IMG/VR virus record: IMGVR_UViG_3300003320_000367
Coordinates: 4,819 to 68,818 of that record
Direction: 5' to 3' (one strand)
DNA from: a virus
Taxonomy: Duplodnaviria > Caudoviricetes
DNA: 64,000 nt
The position numbers were made by a program, and so were the translations under genes. Positions 40,605-50,764 of the stretch are shown piece after piece. Below the pieces are notes generated by a model. The model ran no database searches. It had not been told where the DNA came from and saw only the letters and a program-made list of their open reading frames with translations. Each line of letters begins with the position of its first letter. The stretch's first letter is position 1.

Positions 40605-40792
40605 CCTTCCACTTCCTCAGCCGAGACACCCGGCTTGTGCTCTACGACGTCGATGATCTCGAAGCCCTGGTCCTCCAGCTCGTCGGCTCGGTCGTTGGCT
40701 CCATCCTCGCTATACGAGACGACCGATGCAGTGACCTCGCCACGTTCGTTGAGCCACACGGGCTTGAAGCAGCGATATGTTGACTTCTTCAC
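40592..40792 (-). CDS. small acidic hypothetical protein
   Basis: GGAG SD before GTG. Confidence 0.55.
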   Translation of the reverse strand: MKKSTYRCFKPVWLNERGEVTASVVSYSEDGANDRADELEDQGFEIIDVVEHKPGVSAEEVEGWFK

Positions 40793-41130
40793 CGCCTGTC
40801 CTCCATGCGGATCTCGAGCAGATTCGAGGACGTCGGCTTGACCAACACGGTCGTGGCCGCGTAGATCTTCAGCGTGTCGTTCTCGATGTGAACCTGGAAC
40901 TGGTCGGCCCAGCCCCGTTTGTCGCCCGTCTTGAAGATGATGCGGGCGTCTCGCGGCAGCGCCTCGTCCTCGATCGGATGCGAGCACTGGAGGAAGGTGT
41001 TCGTGTCGTTGACGTCCTGCTCAAGTGCTTTCTGCATCTGCCGAATTGAAGCGCGCAAGGAGTTCAGGTGGTCCTGCGCCCACTTGGGCAGGCGCTCCTC
41101 ACGCGGGTCGATCTTGTAGTAGATATCCAT
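40789..41130 (-). CDS. hypothetical protein
   Basis: GGAGG SD; 113 aa. Confidence 0.7.
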   Translation of the reverse strand: MDIYYKIDPREERLPKWAQDHLNSLRASIRQMQKALEQDVNDTNTFLQCSHPIEDEALPRDARIIFKTGDKRGWADQFQVHIENDTLKIYAATTVLVKPTSSNLLEIRMEDRR

Positions 41131-41219
41131 TCCACCTCCCTCAAGGCCGCGCTCCGGCCCGTCCAGCTCCCCTGCTCGGATGCAGAGAAGTAGCCGGAGC
41201 GCGACGTTCAGGACTCGGC

Positions 41220-41939
41220 TCAGCCAGCCGAGACGGCGATGCCGACCATCTGGCCGGACTTGACGAGGAAGTCGTCGCGGTCGCCCTGCTTGACGTCGAC
41301 GGAAGTGTCGATCACCTTGAGCTCCCAGCCCGCGTTCGGCTGGCCGGGCTGGATGACCTTGCCCTCCTCGTCGCGCCGACGCCGGATGTGCGCCACGGCG
41401 ATGGTGTTCTTCGGCTTGTACAGGCTCGGCTCGATCCAGGCGACGGGCGTCTTCGATCCGCAGGTGGAGTCGTACAGCGTGACCGTGATGTTCTTGGCCC
41501 GCCGCATGTCGCTGCCCTTCTTGAAGGCCGCAGCGTTGAGGACGATGTCCGTGATGCGGATCGGGATCCGCTTGAACTCCAGGCGGAGCGTCTCGTCGTC
41601 GCCCGCTCCCTCGCCCGTCTGGTTGTCACCGGTGTGCGTGGCCGAGCCAGCGGCCGAGCCCTCGTTGGCGAAGGAGTCCAGCTCGTCCCAGCCGAGGTAC
41701 TTGACCGGCTTGGTCCGGGCGTAGAACGTGCCGACACCGTCCAGGTCGGAGCCGACCTTGCGGCTCAGCCAGCCGAGCGCACCGCCGTGTCCGCCGGTGG
41801 ACTTGTCCCAGCCCAGGCCCATCTCCAGAACCTCGACGCTGTCCAGCGGGTTCCAGCCGTCGTCCGGCGTGATCGTCTGGAGCTGGGCGTAGTCGACCTC
41901 GACGACCGGGGTGGTGTAGCCCTTGCTCAGGTCCGCCAT
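41220..41939 (-). CDS. terD: TerD-domain protein
   Basis: MGLGWD, DLDG, HTGDNQTGEGAGDDET motifs. Confidence 0.85.
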   Translation of the reverse strand: MADLSKGYTTPVVEVDYAQLQTITPDDGWNPLDSVEVLEMGLGWDKSTGGHGGALGWLSRKVGSDLDGVGTFYARTKPVKYLGWDELDSFANEGSAAGSATHTGDNQTGEGAGDDETLRLEFKRIPIRITDIVLNAAAFKKGSDMRRAKNITVTLYDSTCGSKTPVAWIEPSLYKPKNTIAVAHIRRRRDEEGKVIQPGQPNAGWELKVIDTSVDVKQGDRDDFLVKSGQMVGIAVSAG

Positions 41940-42109
41940 GGGGAATGCATCTCCTTCTCCGGTCCACTCAGACCGGAATCAGTAGGAGCCCGCGTAAGGG
42001 CTCCGGGGGACGGGGTCGGCCCCTTTGACCGACCCCAGGGTTACGACGTGCGAGAGGCCCCGTAGCGGGCTGCCTTGGGGCCTCTCTGGGTGGGACGGAC
42101 GCGCGCCGG

Positions 42110-42970
42110 TTAGAACGGCGGCTCGTCGTCGCCGTCCTGGACGACGATCTCGTCCTCGACGAGCTTGGCGAGGAGCTTCTTCTTACCAGCGGGACCCTTG
42201 AAAGGGTTGAGGTCCGAGTCCTCGTACTCGTACTGCTTGGCGAGCTTCTTCAGCTCCACGAGGGACATCTTGGCGGCCGTGTCGTACGGAACGCCCTCCT
42301 CCTCGTCCTCGTCGCTGGAGTCCTCGTCCTCCTCGTCCTCCGACTCGTCCTCGTCCTCCTCGTCGACGTCGTCGACCTCGTCCTCCGCCTCGTCCTCGAC
42401 GTCGTCGACCTCGTCCTCCGCCTCGTCCTCGACGTCGTCGACCTCGTCCTCGGGCTCGGACTCGTCCTCGGCCTCGACCTTGGACTTCGGCTTCCAGCCG
42501 GGGATGATGTCGGCCGACTCCGCGATCCAGGGCGTCTCCTCGCCCTCGATGGCGTTGCGCGTGTCCTTCTTGCGCTGGAAGGTCATGCCCGCCTTGACGC
42601 CCTCGGGCTTGCGACCGCCGATGCGGGTGACCTTGCCGCCGTCGTCGACCTCGTCGTGCACGACGTCCGCCATGTTCTTGCCGCAGACGGCCTGCATGTA
42701 CTGGGCGATCCGGGTCTGCTGGATCTCGTGCTCGCCGGGGATCAGGCGGTGCCAGGCGGTGAAGCCCTTGCACTCACCGGACTCGATCTCCCACATCGTG
42801 TTGATGTAGGGGGTGCCGGGGTTCTTGGAGTTCTCGCCCGTCAGCCGGATGGACGCCGACTTCTGGACGACCGGGTAGATGACACCCGGCTTCGGCAGCG
42901 GACCCTCGTATGGGGTGAAGCCGGAGTCCGTGGAGACGTTGTTGCCAACGCCGAACTTCATCTTGGCCAT
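42110..42970 (-). CDS. ssDNA-binding-like protein with acidic tail
   Basis: Follows the AAA ATPase; duplicated DEVDDVEDEAE tract; ends in EPPF. Confidence 0.65.
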   Translation of the reverse strand: MAKMKFGVGNNVSTDSGFTPYEGPLPKPGVIYPVVQKSASIRLTGENSKNPGTPYINTMWEIESGECKGFTAWHRLIPGEHEIQQTRIAQYMQAVCGKNMADVVHDEVDDGGKVTRIGGRKPEGVKAGMTFQRKKDTRNAIEGEETPWIAESADIIPGWKPKSKVEAEDESEPEDEVDDVEDEAEDEVDDVEDEAEDEVDDVDEEDEDESEDEEDEDSSDEDEEEGVPYDTAAKMSLVELKKLAKQYEYEDSDLNPFKGPAGKKKLLAKLVEDEIVVQDGDDEPPF

Positions 42971-42990
42971 GTGCTGAGTTCTCCTTGTGG

Positions 42991-43776
42991 TTACGCCGTG
43001 GCGCGGCGAGCAGCCGTCGTCTTCTTGGCTGCGGTCTTACGGACGGGGCGAGATGCCGGTGCCTCGATGGTCTCGCGGACCTGCTTGAGGGTCGGCTTGT
43101 CGATGTACCGAGGCAGCTTGCCGAAACGGTCCTTGCCCCGATACGGGCCGGTGTTGCGGAAGTAGACACGGCGCACTTCGCGACCGTTGTCGTCCTCCGC
43201 CATCACCCCGAACCCGGCCACGTTCATGTGGCCGAGAGCCTGCTGGGCGACTTCGCCCCTGCCACCGTGCACGTACGGGAGGATGTAGGGCTCGCCCTCG
43301 GCGTCCTCCAGGTTGTACGGATGCGCGGTGTACAGCGTGTTCATCGGCAGGTCGTTGAACTGCATGATGAACTTGATCGTCTGGATCTGCGCCTTCTGGT
43401 GCACGTCCATGGATGGGACGTCCGGATCGCGCTTGCCAGGGTTGGCGGCGTACGAGGCGTCGAGCGCGGATCGCTGGAGGATGCGCTGGGCTCCTCCGAC
43501 CGTGTCCACGCACGCCCATCGGAACTCCTTGTGACCTTCGTCACGGAGCCATCGATACGCCTCGTCCAGGTCCTTGTAGGTCTTGATGGGCCACTCCTCG
43601 GCGGTTGAGCCGAGCGCGGCAGCGGAGATGGTGCCCTCGGGGTCGCACGTGAGGAACAGCACGCCCTCGTCCGAGCCTCCGAACACCGTCTTGCCCCACC
43701 CAGCATCCGCCACGAGCGTCATGTGGATGAACGCCTTCTGGTCCTTGATGGACCTGATGGCTTTAGGCCGTGCCAT
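42991..43776 (-). CDS. AAA_24 / Sak4-like ATPase
   Basis: ADAGWGKT, WACVDT and YRGKDR motifs. Confidence 0.82.
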   Translation of the reverse strand: MARPKAIRSIKDQKAFIHMTLVADAGWGKTVFGGSDEGVLFLTCDPEGTISAAALGSTAEEWPIKTYKDLDEAYRWLRDEGHKEFRWACVDTVGGAQRILQRSALDASYAANPGKRDPDVPSMDVHQKAQIQTIKFIMQFNDLPMNTLYTAHPYNLEDAEGEPYILPYVHGGRGEVAQQALGHMNVAGFGVMAEDDNGREVRRVYFRNTGPYRGKDRFGKLPRYIDKPTLKQVRETIEAPASRPVRKTAAKKTTAARRATA

Positions 43777-43939
43777 CGTCCTCCTCTTCCATCTCCGCGA
43801 TCCGCTGGTCGATCTCGTCGAGCCGCGTGCGGATGAACTCGTGATCCTCGGTGCTGATGGCCTTCGCCCCCAGCGCCCGTCCGATCCTACGCCTCAACCG
43901 GTCAACCTCGCCGGGGCCAGCGTCCTTGACGCTCCTCAT
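43763..43939 (-). CDS. small hypothetical protein
   Basis: Coupled to neighbours. Confidence 0.55.
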   Translation of the reverse strand: MRSVKDAGPGEVDRLRRRIGRALGAKAISTEDHEFIRTRLDEIDQRIAEMEEEDDGTA

Positions 43940-44934
43940 GCTGCCTTCCTCATGTCTCGGTGGTCCCCGTACGGGTCCCTCTTCTTGTAGACCGCCTCCT
44001 TGTACTCCTCTACGTCCGCACCTGCTTCGTCGAGCATGCACATCTTGTAGAACTCGCATCGCCAGGAGCAGTCCCTCTGCGGCCTCTTGTAGATCGGGAG
44101 CGTGCCGTTACGCATGGCCTCCATGTGCATGGCCTCAGCCTGGATGCGACGCTCCATGTTGGCCCTGTTGGCCTCCGACTTCCAGTCGACCTCTCGGACG
44201 AACAGCGGAGCCGGTTGATTCTTGCTGACCGAGCCGTTCTTGTTGAGCGACTCGCCGCGCTCGTTGGTCGGCCGGTCGTCCGGCAGCCCCTTGCGCATGA
44301 AGTTGTACTGGATGCCAGCGATCTCCTCGCGTGGCCCGATCAACCCCTGCTTGCGGAGCACACGCGTGGCCACGTACCAGTACGAACCGGCCTGGTCGTC
44401 GAGCGGCAGATGCGCGGTCGAGATGCCGGCAGCCGTCTTGTGCTCCATGAGGAAGATCTCGCCGGTGCCCGTGTCCCTGTACACCCCGTCGAACGTGCCA
44501 ACGTAGCGCACCAGAGCCTTGCGCTTTCCGTTGGGCAACCGGCCGACTCGCGGGTCGGCGATGAGGAGGCGGAACGTCTGTTCCGTGGCGATGACGTCCC
44601 AGTGCTCGTCCTCGCCGTACTTGTCGACGTAGCCCTCCATCATCGCGATGCCGAGCTCCTTGGCCTCGACGAACTTCGCTCCATCCTCGTCGTACTCGGT
44701 CGGGATGTAGCGCTCCTCGTCGGCGCAGAAGTCCTCCCAGGTGTCAGCCGGGTGCGGACCGCGCTCCTTGCCCTTGCGATACCACTCTGCGAGAGCGATG
44801 TGGATCCCTTGGCCGAACCAGAGCGGGTTCGAGTCCCGCTTGGCTGCCAGGCCCTCGTTCGTGGACCACTGCCACTTCTGGGGGCACTCCTTGAAGGTTC
44901 CTCGCTCAGACGTTCGCAGCATCTGTATGGGCAT
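43936..44934 (-). CDS. PD-(D/E)XK exonuclease (RecB/Cas4-like)
   Basis: RTSERGTFKECP, VGTFDGV, LMEHKT and CSWRCEFYKMC motifs. Confidence 0.85.
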   Translation of the reverse strand: MPIQMLRTSERGTFKECPQKWQWSTNEGLAAKRDSNPLWFGQGIHIALAEWYRKGKERGPHPADTWEDFCADEERYIPTEYDEDGAKFVEAKELGIAMMEGYVDKYGEDEHWDVIATEQTFRLLIADPRVGRLPNGKRKALVRYVGTFDGVYRDTGTGEIFLMEHKTAAGISTAHLPLDDQAGSYWYVATRVLRKQGLIGPREEIAGIQYNFMRKGLPDDRPTNERGESLNKNGSVSKNQPAPLFVREVDWKSEANRANMERRIQAEAMHMEAMRNGTLPIYKRPQRDCSWRCEFYKMCMLDEAGADVEEYKEAVYKKRDPYGDHRDMRKAA

Positions 44935-45151
44935 AGAGCTCCAGCTCCTCGTTGGCGTGCGCCGGACGGACGATGTGGTGCATCCCCGTCAGACTGCCTC
45001 GGTTGATGTCGAACCAGCCCATGCTCGGGCCGGTGCTCCATCCGCCCTTGAGTTCCTTGTCGTGGTTCTTGGCCTTGTCGGCCGTCGTGAACACGCCACG
45101 GACTCTGGTACGCGGTCCTTCGGGGTCCTGGATCAGGAGGAAGATCTGCAT
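44906..45151 (-). CDS. hypothetical protein
   Basis: GGAGAG SD. Confidence 0.55.
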   Translation of the reverse strand: MQIFLLIQDPEGPRTRVRGVFTTADKAKNHDKELKGGWSTGPSMGWFDINRGSLTGMHHIVRPAHANEELELYAHTDAANV

Positions 45152-45240
45152 GTTGCTCTCCGGGGATGACGAGGGGGACCGGCCGGTGGTGGCGCGGTCC
45201 CCCTCGGGTTGTGCGGTTGGTGCTGGTGCCGGCAGCGAGA

Positions 45241-45783
45241 TCAGCCGAGGTCGTCCTCGTCGAAGTCGTCCTCGACCGGGGCGGTCTTCTTCGCGGCGGG
45301 CTTGGCGGCCGGACGGCGGCGACGGCGGGACACCGGCTTGGCGGGTTCCTCGTCCTCCTCCTCGACCTCCGGCTCCGGCTCGGCCTTGGGCTTGGCGGCA
45401 GCGGAGCCCCGGCGACGACGCGACGGACGCGCGGGCTTCTCGGCCTCGTCCTCGGTCTCGTCGGCCGCTTCGGCCTTGGCCTTCTTGGCCGCCTCCTTCT
45501 TGGCCTTGGCCTCGGCTTCGTCGCGCTTGCGCTGCTCGCGGGCCTCGCGCTTCTCCTCGCGCTCCGCCTCGCGCTTCTCGGCGTCGGCCCGCTTCTCGGC
45601 CAGAACCGCCTGGTTCTCCGGCGACTTCTGGAACTCGATCCGGAGGGCGCAGGCCATCTGGACGGACTTGACGTCGACGTCCTCGTAGCCGGTCTTGTCG
45701 GCGATCCACTCGGCGAACCGCTCGTGCAGGTCCGAGGGGTCCTTCTCGACCAGCTTCTCGAAACGCGAGTTGTCTTCACTCAT
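45241..45783 (-). CDS. hypothetical protein, paralogue 1 of a 3-member family
   Basis: PSDLHERFAEWIADKTGY...KSVQMACALRIEFQKSPENQ plus charged tail. Confidence 0.8.
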   Translation of the reverse strand: MSEDNSRFEKLVEKDPSDLHERFAEWIADKTGYEDVDVKSVQMACALRIEFQKSPENQAVLAEKRADAEKREAEREEKREAREQRKRDEAEAKAKKEAAKKAKAEAADETEDEAEKPARPSRRRRGSAAAKPKAEPEPEVEEEDEEPAKPVSRRRRRPAAKPAAKKTAPVEDDFDEDDLG

Positions 45784-46023
45784 TGGGAATTGCTCCATAT
45801 CGGATCGGGTTGGCACGGACAACTATACCTCAAATTGGCCGTGCTCGATTGTTTCAGGAACGCGTGTCGCGATTGTTACGCCTGGAGTATCGGTCCTTGA
45901 TTCTGTGTCGCCTTTCACATTCCGCCTGTCCCGCCTGGTAGCCGACGCGATATGCGTGCCAGGCCATCCCGGACGGAACCAGCGTGAGCGTTATGACGAA
46001 CAGAACATCCATCAGATCCACAG

Positions 46024-47910
46024 CTACTCCTTCAACAGTCGAAGCGCGAACTTCACCCCTCGTCGTCCGTCCAGGATCTTCTTCTGGATCTCGTCCTTGC
46101 CGACGTTCGAGTGGGCGATGCTCTCGTCTATGCTCCCCCTGGCGTAAAGGTAGTGGATTGTTACTCGGTGGATGCGGGACACTCGGTGGATGCGGTCTTC
46201 GACCTGCTCCTGGTCGTCCGGGATGAACGTCTCGTCCATGAAGAACAGCTCGTCGCAGTGCTGGTCCAGGTCGATAGCGACGCCACCAGCCATCGTGTTG
46301 ATGAGCATGATGCGCGGGCCACCTTCGGCCTGGAACTTCTCCTGCGCTGCCAGGCGCTGCTTCGGCGTCACGCTGCCGGTGATCTTCAGCGTCGGCACCT
46401 TGAGCTTCCGGAACTCGGCCTCCATGGCGTCAATCACCCGGCTGAACTGCGAGGCGATGACGTACTTGGTGCCGTTGCTGTACCTGTTGCTCCCGACCAG
46501 GCCACGTTCCTCCAACAGCTCAAGGAGGAACAACCACTTGCAACTCTTGGACATGATCGGACCGTCGGCTCCCTGGTACGCCGTTGCGATCTGGCGCAGC
46601 CGGGTGAGTTCGGCGAGGACTCCCGTCACGGAGACTGCCTCCTCGCCGAACATCGCCTCACCCATTTCCCGCATCTCATCGTACTGCTTCTGCTGCTGGG
46701 GCGACGGATCGCACCAGTGCTCGATGTACTGCTTGGGTGGGAGGTCCTGGGCAACCTCAGCCTTGGTCCGTCGCAGCATCACGTAGTCCAGCGATCGGTA
46801 CAGCGCTTCAGCACGAGCCGGGTTCAGCCCGCCGATGCTCTGTCCGAACCGTGTCTCCTGGACCTCCAAGTACTGAGACGCCCAAGTCCACTTGGAGCTG
46901 TACTGCTTGGGATCGAGCCAGTGCAGGACGCCCCAGAAGTTGACCGGGTTGCCCTTGATGGGTGTGCCGCTCAGAGCGACCTTCAGCCCGTCGTCGTCGA
47001 TCGGCAGGCGACACAGCCCCTCGGCCATCTGCGTCTTGGCATGCGCACCCTTGATCCCGCTCAGGAACCGGTGTGACTCGTCGACCGTGATCGTCGTCCA
47101 GGACGGCTCGAAGAACTCCGGGAACTGGATAACGTACGGACGAGGCGCGGTCTTGTGCCCCTCCTCGCGATGGAAGATGTCCTCGTCTGGCGTTGAGAAG
47201 TCCTCGACGAACGACTTGCACTTCTGGCACCAGCGACCCATCTTGATGCGGGTCGTCTCGGGGTTGATGATGACGAATCGGGGTTCGTCAGCTGGAGCTT
47301 CCAGTGCGGCGTTGATCGCCCTCTTCTTCTGGAGCGCGCTGCCGGTCACCGGGAACACTCTGAAGTCGGTCCACTTGCGAACCTCCTTCTCCCACACGAT
47401 GCGGATGGCCGTGGCCGGGCATGCGATCAGGTGAAGTCCGACCTCAAGCCCGCGCTCGACGATGCCTCCGAGCGTCTGAATGGACTTGCCCAGACCTGGC
47501 TGATCCGCCAGCAGGACGCCGCCCTGTGGCTGGTTGGCGAGGAACGACGCACCCACACGCTGATAGGTCCTCGCGTCCATCGCCATAGCCAGCCGGGGCA
47601 GGATCTCGTGCAGGCGGTCCAGCTCTGTGTCCTTGAGCTGCCCCAGAGACCTCATGGCCTCTTCTTCTGCGCGAGCCAGACGAGCCCAGGCAGTGAGCCG
47701 AGGCCCGATGTGCAGCATGTCCGTGAAGACGTGGCGCAGCATCCGACAGGTCTGAAGCGACAGCGGATAGCTCCAACAGCGCCTCTTCTTTGACCAGTTG
47801 TGCCCCGGAACCTCCTGGCACATCTCGCTCACGCCGGGGAAGAACGGACTACGCAGGACGATCCGGTCACCCTTCTCGTCGAGCTCGATATGCACTCTGG
47901 GTGCCGGCAT
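46024..47910 (-). CDS. SNF2-family helicase
   Basis: LLADQPGLGKS, VDESH, ALSGTP and QVEDRIHR motifs. Confidence 0.92.
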   Translation of the reverse strand: MPAPRVHIELDEKGDRIVLRSPFFPGVSEMCQEVPGHNWSKKRRCWSYPLSLQTCRMLRHVFTDMLHIGPRLTAWARLARAEEEAMRSLGQLKDTELDRLHEILPRLAMAMDARTYQRVGASFLANQPQGGVLLADQPGLGKSIQTLGGIVERGLEVGLHLIACPATAIRIVWEKEVRKWTDFRVFPVTGSALQKKRAINAALEAPADEPRFVIINPETTRIKMGRWCQKCKSFVEDFSTPDEDIFHREEGHKTAPRPYVIQFPEFFEPSWTTITVDESHRFLSGIKGAHAKTQMAEGLCRLPIDDDGLKVALSGTPIKGNPVNFWGVLHWLDPKQYSSKWTWASQYLEVQETRFGQSIGGLNPARAEALYRSLDYVMLRRTKAEVAQDLPPKQYIEHWCDPSPQQQKQYDEMREMGEAMFGEEAVSVTGVLAELTRLRQIATAYQGADGPIMSKSCKWLFLLELLEERGLVGSNRYSNGTKYVIASQFSRVIDAMEAEFRKLKVPTLKITGSVTPKQRLAAQEKFQAEGGPRIMLINTMAGGVAIDLDQHCDELFFMDETFIPDDQEQVEDRIHRVSRIHRVTIHYLYARGSIDESIAHSNVGKDEIQKKILDGRRGVKFALRLLKE

Positions 47911-48326
47911 CAGCTACTCCATACGATCTGGTCGCGCATGAACCCCATCCGGTCGAGTTCGTCCCAGCATCGCTCGCATGGCTCGCGTGTTGAGTACAGC
48001 ATCACGTCAGGGGTTACCAGCTTGTAGTGGCGGAAGTACTTCATCGCGGCGTTGATCTCCGCGTGTACAGCAGTGCACTCGCCATCGCCATCGAACCGGG
48101 ATCCGGTCGGCAGCTGCTCGAACGAGAGCAACCCACGCGGGCAGCCTCCGTCGTCGCAGTTGGTCCGACCGGACTCCGGCCCGTTGTATCCGACGAACGT
48201 CCAGTAGTTGTCGACAACCAGAACGGCACCGACTTGAGAACGACAGCACGAGCTCCGTCCGGCGACAGCCTGCGCCACGCCGAGCCAGACCTTGCGCCAG
48301 TCGTCACGAGATCGTTGGGATGTCAA
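47910..48326 (-). CDS. dCMP deaminase
   Basis: QVGAVL, GYNG, VHAEINA and PCERC motifs. Confidence 0.88.
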   Translation of the reverse strand: MTSQRSRDDWRKVWLGVAQAVAGRSSCCRSQVGAVLVVDNYWTFVGYNGPESGRTNCDDGGCPRGLLSFEQLPTGSRFDGDGECTAVHAEINAAMKYFRHYKLVTPDVMLYSTREPCERCWDELDRMGFMRDQIVWSS

Positions 48327-48516
48327 TCTGAATCACCAGCCAGAAGTAGTACAGGGAGGTGAAGAACGCTACCGTCCCCGGAACGACGAACGACTGGTCC
48401 TCGTCGGCGTGAAGAAAGAATCGGCGCTGGACCCACAGGGCCAGGCAGCCAGACCCGATCCCGAGGGTCAGCTGACCCAGGATGACCAGGATTCCGACGA
48501 GTCCGATCTCGCTCAT
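48304..48516 (-). CDS. small two-TM membrane protein
   Basis: Two hydrophobic helices. Confidence 0.55.
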   Translation of the reverse strand: MSEIGLVGILVILGQLTLGIGSGCLALWVQRRFFLHADEDQSFVVPGTVAFFTSLYYFWLVIQIDIPTIS

Positions 48517-48752
48517 GTGTGCAGTGCTCGCTCTCTTGCTAGTTGCCGGGCTTGTGGGTTGCGGTCGCGGACGCACCCGGCTTCGGGGTGTCGTCCGTCT
48601 TGGTGCTGTCTCCGCCGCAGCTCTGCAGGCCGATGGTCAGAACCACCCCGCAGATAACTCCGGTGAAGAACGTCTTGGGTCCGCCTCCGCGCATCTCCAT
48701 CGCGGCTTCCTTGGACAGGGCAAGAGAGGCACCGTCCGGGACCTGATTCCAT
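48513..48752 (-). CDS. membrane-anchored / lipoprotein-like small protein
   Basis: Hydrophobic helix ending LQSC, then a T/D/K-rich tail. Confidence 0.55.
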   Translation of the reverse strand: MESGPGRCLSCPVQGSRDGDARRRTQDVLHRSYLRGGSDHRPAELRRRQHQDGRHPEAGCVRDRNPQARQLARERALHT

Positions 48753-48888
48753 CTCATCTCACGGCCTCCGAGCCGATGGGACGGGCAGGAGCGCCCCGAG
48801 AACCGATCCTACGGGGTCGTAGGCGGCCTACGGGGCGCTCCCGAGTACCTTTGCCCGACGCGGTCGCGCCGAGCCGTTACGCAGCCGT

Positions 48889-48981
48889 TTACAGGCTCTG
48901 CGCGATGACGACGATCGCTCGGGCTACACACCCCAGGAAGATGCCCCAGAGTATGCACCTGACGAGCTCGTGCCGAGTCAT
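48889..48981 (-). CDS. very small hydrophobic peptide
   Basis: ATG coupled to the upstream stop; 30 aa TM-like. Confidence 0.4.
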   Translation of the reverse strand: MTRHELVRCILWGIFLGCVARAIVVIAQSL

Positions 48982-49550
48982 GACGTGAGCTTGGCGTAGC
49001 AGGTGTCCCCGATGCCGCGCTCTCGGGTGTGCTTCTGCGTCAGCGGCGAGCCGCATCGTCCACACGTGCCCACGTTCAGACCGAACAGAGCGAACGCGGC
49101 GACCGGGTCCTTGGCGATCCGCTTGAGGATCTTCTCGGGCCGGTAGATGCGCTGCATCTTGAAGTCGCCAGGCGCTCCGGTCAGCTCCCACAGGATGCGG
49201 TGTCGCGTCCCGCCGATGGCGTAGAACCGGATGTCGTCGTCGTCCTCGTTGCGCAGAGCATACTTGCCGTTGTCCACCTTGGCGAACAGCTCCTCGCGAG
49301 AGGCTCCAGCGTTGGGCTGCTTGAGCATCTTGCTCAGGAAGTCGCCGATCTCGCGCAGGCTCAGCCCGGCGATCATCAGGTGGTAGTCCTCGTCGCTCAT
49401 GTCCTTGTGCTCGGGGAGGCGAACCTTCTCGCGACCCAGGGCCTGCGCCAGGGACATCTGCTTGGGACTGGGCTGGCCCGGCCTGCTGGCGAAACAGGAC
49501 CGGACCTGAGCCACGCTGGCGTGCTCACCCTTGCAGTTACCGCACCTCAT
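48978..49550 (-). CDS. DUF6011-like Zn-ribbon protein
   Basis: N-terminal CGNC..H; C-terminal CGRCGSPLT...RGIGDTC. Confidence 0.7.
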   Translation of the reverse strand: MRCGNCKGEHASVAQVRSCFASRPGQPSPKQMSLAQALGREKVRLPEHKDMSDEDYHLMIAGLSLREIGDFLSKMLKQPNAGASREELFAKVDNGKYALRNEDDDDIRFYAIGGTRHRILWELTGAPGDFKMQRIYRPEKILKRIAKDPVAAFALFGLNVGTCGRCGSPLTQKHTRERGIGDTCYAKLTS

Positions 49551-50527
49551 CAGCCGATCGCCTTCCTTCCACCGCCAACGCGGTCCTGGCCGATGTCGGC
49601 GGTGCGACCGTCGCGCTGGCCACGCTCGTACGCCTCGCCCACAAGGCTCTGCCTGTAGCCCTTGCCGTCCTTGTGTCCGAGCAGCTTCTTGAGCTCGTCC
49701 ATCATGTCCTTGACGGCCTTGTTACGGTCGTACAGAACGAGCTCTGCACCGGACGTCGCGGCAACCTGCTGCTCGCGGTACTTCCGCAGCTCGTGGAACC
49801 GGCGACGAACCTCGTTGAGGAAGCCCTGTGCGTAGGACCGCTGGAAGGTCACGGGCGACTGCACGGCTCGGTATGTGTCGCCGATCTCGGAGCACCAGCG
49901 CTTGCAGGCTCGGATCAGGCGACCGCCGTCCTTCTTGCCCTTGCCGGCATCGTCCACCTCCCAGGGCGTGATCTCCCAGCCGGGTCCGAGCGGCAGCCCG
50001 AGCTCCGTGGCCTCGTGATACGCCTGGTTCATCAGGTGCGCGATGTTCCGCCACTTGATCCCAGCCTCGTGCAGGATGTAGACGTTCTCGTCGTAGCTGA
50101 GCTCCTTGATCGGCTTGGGGTCCAGCTTCTGGAGCGCCTGGAGGCGCAGCGAGGTGTACACCATACCGACCAGCTCGATGTTGGACGGGAACCCGACGAG
50201 GTATCCGGTTCCATTGGTCCATCCGAGGAACTGGCAGTCGTAGTGCTCGGCCACGGCGATGATCAGGTTGTACCACTGGTTGCCCAGCTTGTCGTTTGCC
50301 GGCATGAACTCGAAGACGACCTTGTCCGGCGTCTCGACCTTGCCACCGGCGATCTTGCGGGCCTCGGCGAGCATGGCCGCGTCGATCGCGTACTTCTGCA
50401 TGAGCTGCTCGGCCTTGGCGAGGTACGCATCGCGCTCCGCCGGGTTGTCCGTCCCGTCCGCCTTGTTGAGGACGGCCTGGATGCGAGCGAGCATCGGGTT
50501 GGTCTGCTGCTTCTGGTTCTCGATCAC
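49550..50527 (-). CDS. DUF2786-family protein
   Basis: LARIQAVLNKADGT...ERDAYLAKAEQLMQKYAID; SYAQGF. Confidence 0.8.
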   Translation of the reverse strand: MIENQKQQTNPMLARIQAVLNKADGTDNPAERDAYLAKAEQLMQKYAIDAAMLAEARKIAGGKVETPDKVVFEFMPANDKLGNQWYNLIIAVAEHYDCQFLGWTNGTGYLVGFPSNIELVGMVYTSLRLQALQKLDPKPIKELSYDENVYILHEAGIKWRNIAHLMNQAYHEATELGLPLGPGWEITPWEVDDAGKGKKDGGRLIRACKRWCSEIGDTYRAVQSPVTFQRSYAQGFLNEVRRRFHELRKYREQQVAATSGAELVLYDRNKAVKDMMDELKKLLGHKDGKGYRQSLVGEAYERGQRDGRTADIGQDRVGGGRKAIG

Positions 50528-50543
50528 GATTGCGAATCTCCTC

Positions 50544-50600
50544 AGGACTCGTCAGCACCGGCACCTTACCGGCGGACCTCCTTCTCGGAGGTTTCGTCCT
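50544..50600 (-). ncRNA. type II hammerhead ribozyme HH-H
   Basis: AGGAC GAAA CCUCC gagaa GGAGG UC| CGCCGG uaaggug CCGGUG CUGACGA GUCCU; predicted cut after 50575. Confidence 0.9.
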
Positions 50601-50614
50601 AGGCTGAGGATGGA

Positions 50615-50764
50615 TCAGAAGAAGATGGCCCAGATGGCCAGCCCGGCGATGGTCATGCCGCCAAGGAACGCCAGGGCCAGGATGCCAGTCATGATCAGGC
50701 AGCACCCCTTGCCGTCGCGGTCCATGTCGTGCTTGTCCCACCAGTTCTTCATGAAGCTGGCCAT
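50615..50764 (-). CDS. small membrane protein
   Basis: Single TM segment; coupled start. Confidence 0.55.
   Translation of the reverse strand: MASFMKNWWDKHDMDRDGKGCCLIMTGILALAFLGGMTIAGLAIWAIFF

Noticed and set aside
42340-42450. Tandem 33-bp repeat that looked like a short array
   Set aside because: It encodes the duplicated acidic DEVDDVEDEAE linker of the SSB-like protein; no unique spacers, so not CRISPR.
45822-45851. TATAGT box upstream of 45783 as a full member of the promoter family
   Set aside because: The -10 is present but the GT(A/T)GC box is missing at the N18 spacing.
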